Source: an uncultured Actinomycetes bacterium
GTDB lineage: Bacteria; Actinomycetota; Thermoleophilia; RBG-16-64-13
DNA length: 64,000 bases
Direction: 5' to 3'
Assembly (NCBI GenBank): GCA_963714175.1
Contig: CAVQNN010000011.1
Span: forward strand, 111,686 to 175,685
Part shown: positions 53,832 to 63,607 of the stretch, in pieces
How positions within the stretch are numbered: the first letter of the stretch is position 1
Layout: each line of letters opens with the position of its first letter
The notes under the pieces: model-generated
What the model saw: only the letters and a program-made list of their open reading frames with translations
What the model was told of the DNA's origin: nothing
The model's database searches: none
Program-made: the position numbers and the translations under genes

Positions 53832-55162
53832 ATGAATACCACCGCGCTCCAGATCATCGGCGTCGTTCGTACTGGTCTTGGTCAACGCCTTCTTCGTCTT
53901 GGCCGAGTTCGCCATCGTGAAGGTGCGCGACACCCGGATGGCCGAGCTGGCCGCCGCGGGCAGCAGACGCGCTCGGGTGGCGAACCACATCGTCAATCAT
54001 CTCGACGCCTATCTCTCGGCCACTCAACTCGGAGTCACGGTGGCCAGCATGGGCCTGGGTTGGTTGGGAGCCGAGGCCTTCTCGGATGTGTTCGGCATGG
54101 CGATGAATCCGGTAGCGGCCGCCGCGGTGGCTTTCGTCCTGGTGACCTTCATCACCATCATCTTCGGCGAGCTGGTGCCCAAGTCGGTCGCCATCCGCAA
54201 GGCTGAGCGGTCGGCCCTCATCGTGTCCCTTCCCCTCCGCTGGTTCTACCTGATCACGCAGACCGATCACCTGGCTCATGTACATCTCCGCGGCCGGCGT
54301 GCTGAAGATCTTCCACATCAAGCCGGCGTCCGAACGCGAGCTGGCCCACTCCGAGGAAGAGCTGCGCATGATCCTGGAGGCCAGCCAGGAGGTCGGCCAC
54401 ATCGACGAGGTCGAGCAGACCCTCATGCGACGCGCTCTCACCTTCGGCGACCAGACGGTGACCGACATCATGGTGCCCCGCACCGAGATGGCCGCCCTTC
54501 CCACCTCGTTCACCGTGACCGAGGCCATCGACGAGATCGCCGAGACCAACCACACCCGCTACCCGGCCTACGAGGAGGATGTCGACAACATCGTCGGCTA
54601 CGTGCATGTGAAGGACCTGTATCGGGCGCCGCGCGACGCCACCTTGCGTCGCCTGCTGCGCCCGGTGGGCTTCATAGCCGAGACGTCGAACATCGAGATC
54701 GCGCTGCAGCGCTTCCAGAGCACGCGCACGCCGCTCGCCATCGTGGTCGACGAGCACGGGGGCACGGCCGGCATCGTCACGATCCAGGATGTGGTCGAGG
54801 AACTCATCGGCGAGGTGCAGGATGAGTTCGACCTCGAGGCCCCGCTGATCGAAGACCGCGACGACGGTAGCTATTCGGTCGACGGCGCGGCTCGCGTCGA
54901 CTTCCTGGAGGAGTCCTTGGGGCTGCACGTGCCCGAGGAGGGCTTCCCCACCCTCGGGGGCCGAGTATTCGAGCAGTTGCAGCGCCGTCCCCGTGTGGGT
55001 GACGAGGCCCAGGTGGGCAACTTCCAGGCCCAGGTACTCGAGGTGGACGGCATGCGCATCTGCCGGGTCCTCCTCACTCGACTCGATCTTGAGGCGGGGG
55101 AGGAGGGCGAATTGGAGGAGGCCGAGAGCACCGAGCGCGGAGACGGCGGACGGGACGACTGA
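53832..55162 (+). CDS. CNNM/TlyC-family transporter-associated protein (DUF21 TM domain + CBS pair + CorC_HlyC), apparent frameshifts
   Basis: The ATG at 53832 shifts to VNAFFVLAEFAIVKV (53878..) and then to ORF 54278..55162, which has CBS and CorC_HlyC motifs. Confidence 0.75.
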
Positions 55163-58100
55163 TGGATCCCATCGAGATACCGGTCGACTCCGACGCCCTC
55201 CGAGCCAATCTCCCCGGAACCGCCCAGACCGTGGTCATCCCCGAACGCTACCTGCCCCTCCTGGAGGCTGTGGAGGGTTATCACGGCGTCAAGACTCCCT
55301 TGGCCGAGACCCTGGCCGAGTACTTCCACGGCTACCGGAACGTGGACCTCCTCGTCGACGGCTTCCAGACCATACTCCTGCGCAACTGGACCTATTTCGA
55401 GCGCTCCGAAGACCGCGCGAGAGCCTTCGCGCTCCTCTCCGAGCTGATCCTCGACCTGCTCGACACGGCACTCTCGGCGCAACAGGCATCGCTCCTACTC
55501 CGACAGCTCCTCACCTGGTGTTCGGCCGCTCTGGGCGGGGCTCATTCCGACGAGTACGACGAGCCCCTCCAGAACGTGGCCGCCTGCTTGTCCCGCTTCG
55601 TTTCCCGCCAGTCGCTTGCCTCCCTGGAGCGGGACACGCTCCTTCACGGCCTGGTGCAACTCGCCGCTCGACGGCCGGCCCTCGAACCGGTCTTCTCGGA
55701 GTTGTACCGGTCGGTCCTGCTTCTCGGATATCACCGTGTGGAGGAGCGACTGCCCATCCCCGAATGGGCCACCTCGGGTGACGCCGAACTGACCGATCCT
55801 CAGTCCGTGGCAGCGGGTTTCGCCGACCTGGCTCCCAAACGAGTGCAGGAGCTGATCGCCAAGGCGGAGACCGCGACGACGGTCGACCTCCTGTCGGCCG
55901 AGCTGCCCACCTTCTCCGCCGTTCTCGACCAGTCCATCGACCAGGTGTTCCGGATCGACAATGTCGAGGACCGCTTCGCCGTCTGCCTGTACTTCCTCAA
56001 GGACGACACCCTCGGCTACCGGCAGAACGAGGTCATGGTCGACCTGTTGGCGGTCGTCCGGCAGCTGATGAAGCCCGAGAGCCACATGGACGTCGACCGT
56101 ATCCTCAGCCGCCTCACCCGCTTCTTCCGAGCCCGCGAGAATCAGTTCTTGCTCATGCGCTTCTAGTGCTACGAGGCCATCGGCGTGGCCATCGGCGAAG
56201 CCGGCAACGTGGCCGGCGCCGACCACCTGATCGAGGACGTGCTCTCCTGGCGCTTCCAGTACCCGGAGATCCAGGGAGCGACCGACGAATGGGAGACGGT
56301 GGTCAACCCCTTCCACCTGCCCAAGATCCGCTGCTGGATGCACATCATCGAGTCCAACCCGGCGCTGTACGAGCGTCTGGCGGCGGCACTGAACGTGCAA
56401 CTGCGCCTGGGCGGCGTCTACATCGCCGACACCGATCTGTTCCAGCGCGATGTGACGCGCTTCTTGAACGCCGACATCCGCCCCATCTACTTCGTCGCCA
56501 AGCAACTGCTACGAGCGTTCCCGGTCTACTTCAACGACGTGGGAGCTGAGGGTGAGCTTCGGGCGGTCTCCACCGAACTCGACGAGATCTGCGGGCGCCA
56601 TGACACGCTGATGCATTTCCTGCGCAAGCAATCCCACGCCGAGTCGTCCAACCGTCTGGTGGCCTTCGCCCGCGCCGTGCTCACCTACTGGATCACCCTC
56701 GACACCTCCGGTCTGACACCGTATCTGTCGGCCAACACCCTGGCTGCGGTGCTGCGCGAAGGGGACTGGGCCGAAGAGCCGCACGAGGTGCTTGTTGCCC
56801 TCCGAGCGAAGCTGACCGATCCGGCGCCCGTCGCGACGACTGCGCAGCCGTCGTCGCCGACCGACACGGAGGCGTTTCTCGATCGCCTGGTCCAGCTATC
56901 GCCGGCGGCCCTCGAGGAACTGCTGGCCGGGCTTCCCACGTGCGCAGGGCGCGGATCCGCACGGCGCCCGGCGGGTGGCCCTCATGCTCCGCACCCATCA
57001 ACTGCTCGCGCAGAAGTACTCGCTGTCGGCCGATGGCATCGGACCGGCGGTGAGCCACCATCTGCGACTCGATCCCGCGACCCGCGCCGGATTCGCCAGA
57101 GACCCTGAGCGCGTGGCAGAAGAGGCCCACCGCGGCCAACCGGGAACGCCTGCTCGACGTCGCCCTGACCGTTCTGGAGCGTCTTCAGGCGATCATCCTG
57201 AGCCCGGCCCCTCCGACCGCCGTGGAGAACATCTACCAGAAACGCCACATCGCGGCCGGGATCCCTTCGATGTACGGCACGTACACCGAGCCCAAGTTCG
57301 ACGCTCTGGGACTGTCTTTCCGAGTGGAGAACCTGGTGGCCCGTCTGCTCGAAGACCTGGTCGCGGAGAGCGCCGACTCCTACGTGACCCGGGATTCGCT
57401 CCGACGCATGGCCGCGACGATCCGGCGCTTCGAACGTGCCCTGTCCGCCGACGGGGTCGACTCCCGCAGTCTGGCGGCCAACCTGCGTCTGCTCGAGTCC
57501 GGCTTCGGCAGCCACAACTTCACCTTCCACCAGTACCAGAACGTGTTCCAGTTCATCGTCGGTTCGGTCACCGAGCTCTCCCGCACCTCCATCCTCAGCC
57601 ACGACCAGGTGCTGCACACCGTGCTCGAGCACGATCCCCGGCAGTGCGAGGCCCGGTGCATGTCGCTGGACGCGGTCGCCGAGATGGTGCTTCGCGAGGT
57701 CCTGGTGTCGGCGCTGGGGATGCAGGCCCTCGACCGCTACGTCTCCGCCGTGCTTGCGCCAGATCTCGACCCTCACCGGCCGGCTGAGCAACCACGCTCT
57801 CACGCGCATGATGAACTACGACCCGGAACGCCTGGTCTCGCCGATCCACGAAGCCCGACCCGGCGTCGACGACCAGATGACGCTTGGCTTCAAGGGACTG
57901 GGACTGAAGCAGATGGCCTCGTACGGCCACCAGGTCCCGCAGGGCTTCATCCTGTCCACCGAGTTCTTCAGCGCCATGCCCGCGATGGCCTACCGTCCTC
58001 TGTTCGACGACACTCTCGACCGCATCCGCGCCGCCGTCGTCCGCTTGCAGAAGCAGACCGGCCTGTACTTGGGCGACCCCGCCCGTCTGCTCACACTCTC

Positions 58101-59365
58101 GGTCCGCTCCGGGGCCGCCATCTCCATGCCCGGGCTCATGTCCACCTTCATGGACGTGGGACTCAACGACAGGTTGGCCGAGGCCCTCTCCCGCAAGCCG
58201 GGCTTCGAGTGGGCGGCCTGGGACTCCTACCGCCGCTTCCTCCAGTCGTGGGCCATGTCCTCGGGCATCGACCGGGACTTCTTCGACGCGATCATGACCG
58301 AGTTCAAGACCCGCTACGGGATCGAGCGCAAGCTCGACTTCCCTCCCGAGCGCATGCGCGAACTTGCGCTGACGTACAAGGCGCGTTCGCGGGAGCTGGG
58401 CGTGAGGTTCACCGACGATCCCTTCCGCCAGGTGGTCGGGTGCGTGCGCAAGGTCCTGGAATCGTGGGATTCCCCCGAGGCCAAGCTCTATCGTCGCTAT
58501 CTGGGAGTCGCTCCGGAATGGGGCACGGCGGTAGTGGTGCAGCGCATGGTCTTCGGCAACCTGAGCCGCGAGTCGGGCTCGGGAGTGACCTTCACCCGCA
58601 ACCCCCTGGAGCCGTACAGCAGCCAGGTGCGTCTGTTCGGCGACTTCACCGCCCGCAGCCAGGGAGAGGACCTGGTGGGCGGCCTGGTCTTCCCGTGGCC
58701 GATCTCCGAGGCCCAGCGCCTGGGCAGTCCCACGTACCAGGGGATCGAGCATTCTCTGGAAAAGGACTACCCCGGGGTCTACCAGGCCTTGCTTGACGGT
58801 GGCGCGCGACCTGGTCGGCAAGCGGGAGCACGATCCGCAAGAGATCGAGTTCACCTTCGAGTCGGCCTCCGGCGAGGATCTGTACATCCTGCAGAAGCGG
58901 GCCATGGTGCACGAGCAGAGGGACGACGCGCCGTTCTTCGATACCTCGTCACCGAACTTCGGTCCTCCCGCCGCGGTTGGGATGGGGGTGGCAGGCGGAG
59001 CCTATTCAGGCCGGGTGGCCATCGACATGGGTCAGATAGACCGTCTGCTGGCCGAGGGCCCGGACGACGAGATCGTGCTATTGCGGCCGGATACCGTCCC
59101 CGAAGACATCGCCATGATCACCCGGGTATCCGGCCTGCTGACCGCCAGGGGCGGGGCGACGTCACACGCCGCCGTCACCGCCAAGCGCCTGGGCAAGACG
59201 GCCGTGGTGGATTGCCGGGCCCTGGAGGTGCTGGAGCACCAAGGGACGGCGCGACTGGCCGGAACCGAGCTGAAGGCAGGCGATTGGCTGTCGATAGACG
59301 GCCGCACCGGCAACATCTTCCTGGGACGAGTTCCCAGTGGGGCACGTGCATCCCATCCGCTGTAG
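55162..59365 (+). CDS. giant (about 1400 aa) multidomain protein: about 650-aa uncharacterised N-terminal region + PPDK-type ATP-grasp nucleotide-binding domain + PEP-utilising phosphohistidine swivel domain. Contains an in-frame TAG and several apparent frameshifts
   Basis: Co-linear pieces in 55162..56166, 56185..57108 (same frame, separated by TAG 56164-56166), 56975.., 57222.., 57436.. and 58793..59365. PPDK_N-like motifs: VVQRMVFGNLSRESGSGVTFTRNP, QGEDLVGG. Swivel motif: GGATSHAAVTAKRLGKTAVVDC. The start overlaps the CNNM stop (TGATG). Confidence 0.7.
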
Positions 59366-59413
59366 CGGTGAGACCCGTAAACAACCCAAAGAGACAGGAA
59401 AGGGGACACAACG

Positions 59414-60628
59414 ATGAGCGCTCCGAGGACGCTGGGGATCAATGGCCTGGGCCGGATCGGCAAGCTGACCCTGTGGTACCACTTGGGCCACGACGATTTC
59501 GACCGTTTCGTGGTCAATGTAGGCCGTCCCGTGGGCAAATCCCTCCAGTCCATCGTCGAGTACGTGGGCAAGGACAGCACCTACGGACCGCTTCATCGTT
59601 ACCTCGAAGGCTGCAGCGCGCGGCCCGACATCAGGGTCGTCGATGAAGCGGCCGGCCTGATCCAGGCCCACGGCAAGGAGATCGTCTTCCTGAGGGAAGC
59701 CCGCAATCCGAAGGACATCCCCTGGCGCGATCAAGGGGTGTCGGTGGTGGTGGACTGCACGGGCAAGTTCAGCGACCCACACGCCGAAGCCGACGACCCC
59801 AAGGGGGCGCTCCGGGGCCACCTGGCCGCCGGAGCGCGTGCGGTGGTACAGAGCTCCCCGTTCAAGAGCAAGCTGAAAGGTGTCCCGCTGCCCGAGGACT
59901 CGGCCATGCTTATCCACGGGATCAACCACCTCGACTATGATCCCGGCAAACACAAGCTGGTCTCCGCAGCCTCCTGCACCACCACGGCCCTCGCGCACAT
60001 GATGCGCCCGCTGCTGGCGCGGGATCTCACCCGCAACATGATCACCGCCGGCATGAGCACCGTCCATGCGGTCACGAACAGCCAACCCGTCCTCGACGCC
60101 GTCCCGAGTTCCGGAGCCAGCGATCTCCGCAAGACCCGTTCGGGCATGAACAACGTGATAATCACGTCCACCAACGCCGCCAAGGCGCTCGAGATGGTCA
60201 TGCCCGAGATCGCCGATATCGGCTTCATGGCCGACTCGGTCCGCATCCCCACGGCCACCGTCAGCCTCATCATCCTCAACGTCACCTTCCAGACCGAGGC
60301 GTTGCCTGATGGCACCGTCTCTGTGGACCGCGACGAGATCAACGCCATCTACAAGGAAGCGGCGGAGGGCGAGGCACGCGGGCTGATCCAGTACAGCGAA
60401 GAACAGAACGTGTCGGCCGACATGGTCGGTGAAGACGCCGCCGTGGTCATCGAGGCGATCGAGACTCACACCCGTACCGGGTTTGTCGATCTGAAGCTGC
60501 CCGGCGGTTGCGGCGAACATCGCATACCGCTGACCCACGTGAAGGTGTTCGGCTGGTACGACAACGAGATGGGCAGCTACACGAACCGGCTGGGTGAACT
60601 CACTGCCCACGTGGCCCGGAGTCTGTAG
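59414..60628 (+). CDS. divergent glyceraldehyde-3-phosphate dehydrogenase-family protein (404 aa)
   Basis: Intact ORF. LGINGLGRIGKL (NAD-binding) and ASCTTTALAHM (catalytic Cys) are present. It is unusually long compared with GapA. Confidence 0.85.
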   Translation: MSAPRTLGINGLGRIGKLTLWYHLGHDDFDRFVVNVGRPVGKSLQSIVEYVGKDSTYGPLHRYLEGCSARPDIRVVDEAAGLIQAHGKEIVFLREARNPKDIPWRDQGVSVVVDCTGKFSDPHAEADDPKGALRGHLAAGARAVVQSSPFKSKLKGVPLPEDSAMLIHGINHLDYDPGKHKLVSAASCTTTALAHMMRPLLARDLTRNMITAGMSTVHAVTNSQPVLDAVPSSGASDLRKTRSGMNNVIITSTNAAKALEMVMPEIADIGFMADSVRIPTATVSLIILNVTFQTEALPDGTVSVDRDEINAIYKEAAEGEARGLIQYSEEQNVSADMVGEDAAVVIEAIETHTRTGFVDLKLPGGCGEHRIPLTHVKVFGWYDNEMGSYTNRLGELTAHVARSL

Positions 60629-60640
60629 ACAGGAGACCGG

Positions 60641-61176
60641 CTACTCCTCGCTCGCGACTATCAGTATCTCGGCCCGCAGTTGAGCGTGAGTACGAGGCTC
60701 GATCGTCGAGGCTGGAAGGATGGTGAGGCGCGCGACGGTACGTGGACGGCCATAGCGCCGCGGCCCTGCGGAACCGGGGTTCAGGTGCAACACACCGTCG
60801 CGCGTCTCCTTAGCCGCCATGTGGCTGTGGCCCGTGATCACCGCTGCGAAGCGGGCGCTGTCGTCCCGCCCGGCGGGATTGACTTTCGCGCGCGGACCAG
60901 CGGCGATGTGGCCCACCAGGATACGGACGCCGCCGAGTTCCACCTCAGCCCTTGCCGGTAGAGCCCGGGCCCAGGTGTCGATGTCGCAGTTGCCACGCAC
61001 GGCCGTGACAGGCGCCAGGGTCTTCAACTCGGCCAACACCTGGGCGGAACCCACGTCGCCGGCGTGGACGATGTGGTCGACGCCCATCAGCAACTGCTTG
61101 ACCCGCGGGTAGAGATGCCCGTGGGTATCGGACAGCACCCCCACGGTGACGGTCTTCGCGTCTCTCTCGGGCCTGT
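60641..61176 (-). CDS. YfcE-like metallophosphoesterase
   Basis: A TTG start at 61176 lies 7 nt after GGAGG. VGVLSDTHGH…VHAGDV…GHSH motifs. The longer listed ORF is an upstream extension. Confidence 0.7.
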
Positions 61177-61196
61177 CCGTTTCCAATCCCAGCCTC

Positions 61197-62342
61197 CTAG
61201 TCGTCGAACAGGTCGTCATCCGCGCCATTCCCCGGCGGAAGCTGCCCGTGCTCTTGCGCGTAGCGAGCCAGCACTTCACTCTCACGCTGGGTGTAGAGCG
61301 GATCGACCTCCACCCGGAAGTAGGCGGCATCCGGACAGTCGGAGTCCGCGAGGGCCTGAGCAAGACCGCGCCGCAGATCGGCGACTCCGCTTATCCGCAG
61401 CACCTGCCCGTTCTGGTCGATGAGTTGAAACACGCCGGCCTCCTGCGGGACATCCTCCATACCGGCCGGCGTGAACGCCTTCTTCTCCTCTGGTGGAAGC
61501 ATGGGGGCCGCGAGTCCACTCTTCTCTCGCCGCCTCGCGAGCCATTCGGCGCCCGCTGGCCCGGGAGCGGTCAGCGCGCCTGCAGGGCACACCAGCACGC
61601 ACCGTCCGCAGAACGTGCAGCCAGACGCGCGAAGGGTCCCCTGCTTCGGCCGCGCCACGCCGCCGGAGCCCATCGCGTCCGTCATCTCCAGGACCCGGCC
61701 CGCGTTCGGCGACGTCGCGCACACGCGCACGCACCGTCCGCATCCAATGCAAAGCCCGGGCTCACGTCGAATGCGTCCTTCAGTGAACGCGTCACGAGGG
61801 ACTGTCACCGGCCTGCGCGCCAGCTTGAGGTCGGCGTCCACGAACCCCACCAACCTGCCCAGCTCACAACGGCCCAACTCGGCGCAGCAGCGAGCCTCCG
61901 GCGGATTCCCGTAGGTGCAGTCATCTCGAGCGCAGCCGTCACGGTCGGGACAGGTCAGGCAGATGTGTGGGTGTCGGGCCAGAACGAGTGCGAGGCGCTG
62001 CAGCCGAAGCTCCCGTAGCCCTGGGTCGCTGGTCGTGATATCCATCCCGGGAGTGGCTTGGGTGGCGCACGCAAGCGCCACAGAGCCGTCTCCGAGTCTC
62101 ACCGCGCAGAGGCCACACCCGCCGGACGGCGCGGACTGATCGCCGACCACGGTATCGTCATCGCAGGCACAGTCGTGGCAGCCCAGACCGGGGTAGTAGC
62201 ACAGGCGCGGCAGGTAGCGTCCGGAGGCATCACACGCGTCGAGGACGGTCGCGTCCACGCCGACCGCGACGCACTGACCGTCGACCTCGACGGTCACACG
62301 GTCACCGTCGACCCGCTCTTCCTCAGCCCGGGACGGCTCCAC
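61197..62342 (-). CDS. Fe-S protein: N-terminal 2Fe-2S ferredoxin-like domain + 4Fe-4S clusters + uncharacterised C-terminal region
   Basis: A GTG start at 62342 lies 5 nt after the upstream stop. VTVEVDGQCV…CGLCAV (2Fe-2S); CLTCPDRDGC, CIGCGRCVRVC, CTFCGRCVLVCP. Confidence 0.75.
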   Translation of the reverse strand: MEPSRAEEERVDGDRVTVEVDGQCVAVGVDATVLDACDASGRYLPRLCYYPGLGCHDCACDDDTVVGDQSAPSGGCGLCAVRLGDGSVALACATQATPGMDITTSDPGLRELRLQRLALVLARHPHICLTCPDRDGCARDDCTYGNPPEARCCAELGRCELGRLVGFVDADLKLARRPVTVPRDAFTEGRIRREPGLCIGCGRCVRVCATSPNAGRVLEMTDAMGSGGVARPKQGTLRASGCTFCGRCVLVCPAGALTAPGPAGAEWLARRREKSGLAAPMLPPEEKKAFTPAGMEDVPQEAGVFQLIDQNGQVLRISGVADLRRGLAQALADSDCPDAAYFRVEVDPLYTQRESEVLARYAQEHGQLPPGNGADDDLFDD

Positions 62343-62347
62343 CGCCG

Positions 62348-62641
62348 TTACCAGCTGTGCTGCAGCGCACCGGCGGAGCAGGCGCTCGTGCAGGGCAGCT
62401 TGCGCTGAGTCCCTGCGCCTCCGTTCTGGCCCTTGCAGGAGGAGCACAGCTCGCGGAGACGCTTTCTCGCGCCCTCGGCCACCACGGCGACAAAGTCATC
62501 GTAGTCGTCCATCTCCACCGCGTACACGCTCTGGGGACATGCGGCGAGACAGCGGTGATGGTCGCATTTCGCGCATATGTCACCGTCGATGGTGATGTAG
62601 TAGAAGCCGGAACCGTCTTCGTAGCCGTAGTTGGCGATCAT
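62348..62641 (-). CDS. small ferredoxin-like Cys-rich protein
   Basis: 97 aa. CAKCDHHRCLAACP…CSSC…CTSAC. Its ATG overlaps the activase stop (ATGA). Confidence 0.6.
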   Translation of the reverse strand: MIANYGYEDGSGFYYITIDGDICAKCDHHRCLAACPQSVYAVEMDDYDDFVAVVAEGARKRLRELCSSCKGQNGGAGTQRKLPCTSACSAGALQHSW

Positions 62642-63603
62642 GGTAACCTACTCGGTCGCGCCGCCGGCGCCCGCGGCCGTCCCGGCGGCCCCAGCAGCTG
62701 CCCGTCCGCGGCGGCCTTCTCCTTCTCTGCCTTGCGATGCAGCGAGTGGGCGAAGAGAGCCGCCCCCAGAGCTCCGGCGATCTGCGGATCAAGCACCGAG
62801 TCCTCGGCGAGCCTGATGGCCTCTACTCCGATGAGCCGCTCGATGCGCCGGGTCACACCAATATTCTTGCCGATGCCGCCCGTGATGAAGAACTCGCGTT
62901 CCACCTCCATACGCGCTATGAGCCCGGCTACCCGCTGCGCCATGGCCCCGCAATAGGCCGCGAGCACCCGGTCGATGCTCCACCCCGCCCGCAACAGAGA
63001 GGTCGCCTCCGACTTGGCGAACACGGTGCAGACATTGCTGACCGGCGGCGGCTCCTCGTCGATCTCGAAAGAGCGCCGTCCGATATCCTCGATGGGCACG
63101 GAGAGCACATCGGCGATGACCTCCATGCCGCGTCCCGTGCCGGCCGCGCACTTGTCGTTCATGATGAAGTTGAGCACTCGACCCCGCTCGTCGCACCGAA
63201 TGACTTTGCAGTCCTGTCCGCCCATGTCCAGGATGGTGCGCACGCTGGGCCCGGCCATGAAGTTGGCCCCCCGGGCGTGACAGGCGATCTCGGTCATGGT
63301 CCGGTCGGCGAAGGGTACGTTGACCCTTCCGTACCCTGTGCCGACGGCATAGGCCACGTCGTCCAGCGTGATGTCCAGGGGCGTACTCGCGCCCTTGAAA
63401 GCCCTTACGGCACTGTCGGGGCTCGAGGAGCCTGTGCGTGTGGAGAAGAAGGAAAGGAGCTTGCCGTCTGCGAGGAGAACTGCCTGAGAGCTGACCGAAC
63501 CGACATCGATACCCACAGTCACGGCCGCGGCAGTCCGCCAGTCGAGGTCAGGAGCCTGCCAGGATTTCTCGCTCCACCTCCAGAATTCTCTCTGCTCCAC
63601 CAT
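62638..63603 (-). CDS. BadF/BadG/BcrA/BcrD/HgdC-type ATPase (CoA-substrate-specific enzyme activase)
   Basis: A start at the internal ATG 63603 gives MVEQREFW…VTVGIDVGSVSSQAVLL…GVDVGST-like. The family motifs DMGGQDCKVI and ITGGIGKN are present. Confidence 0.8.
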   Translation of the reverse strand: MVEQREFWRWSEKSWQAPDLDWRTAAAVTVGIDVGSVSSQAVLLADGKLLSFFSTRTGSSSPDSAVRAFKGASTPLDITLDDVAYAVGTGYGRVNVPFADRTMTEIACHARGANFMAGPSVRTILDMGGQDCKVIRCDERGRVLNFIMNDKCAAGTGRGMEVIADVLSVPIEDIGRRSFEIDEEPPPVSNVCTVFAKSEATSLLRAGWSIDRVLAAYCGAMAQRVAGLIARMEVEREFFITGGIGKNIGVTRRIERLIGVEAIRLAEDSVLDPQIAGALGAALFAHSLHRKAEKEKAAADGQLLGPPGRPRAPAARPSRLP

Positions 63604-63607
63604 GCTC

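Noticed and set aside
1671-56166. Selenocysteine (TGA) or pyrrolysine (TAG) recoding for the two in-frame stops
   Set aside because: Two different stop codons are involved, both in ordinary proteins at non-catalytic positions, with no SECIS-like hairpin downstream and no pyl genes visible. Substitution errors or nonsense mutations are far more likely.
55495-58905. Long minus-strand ORFs (55495..56505, 57595..58905)
   Set aside because: They are antisense to the giant PPDK-like gene and have no motifs.
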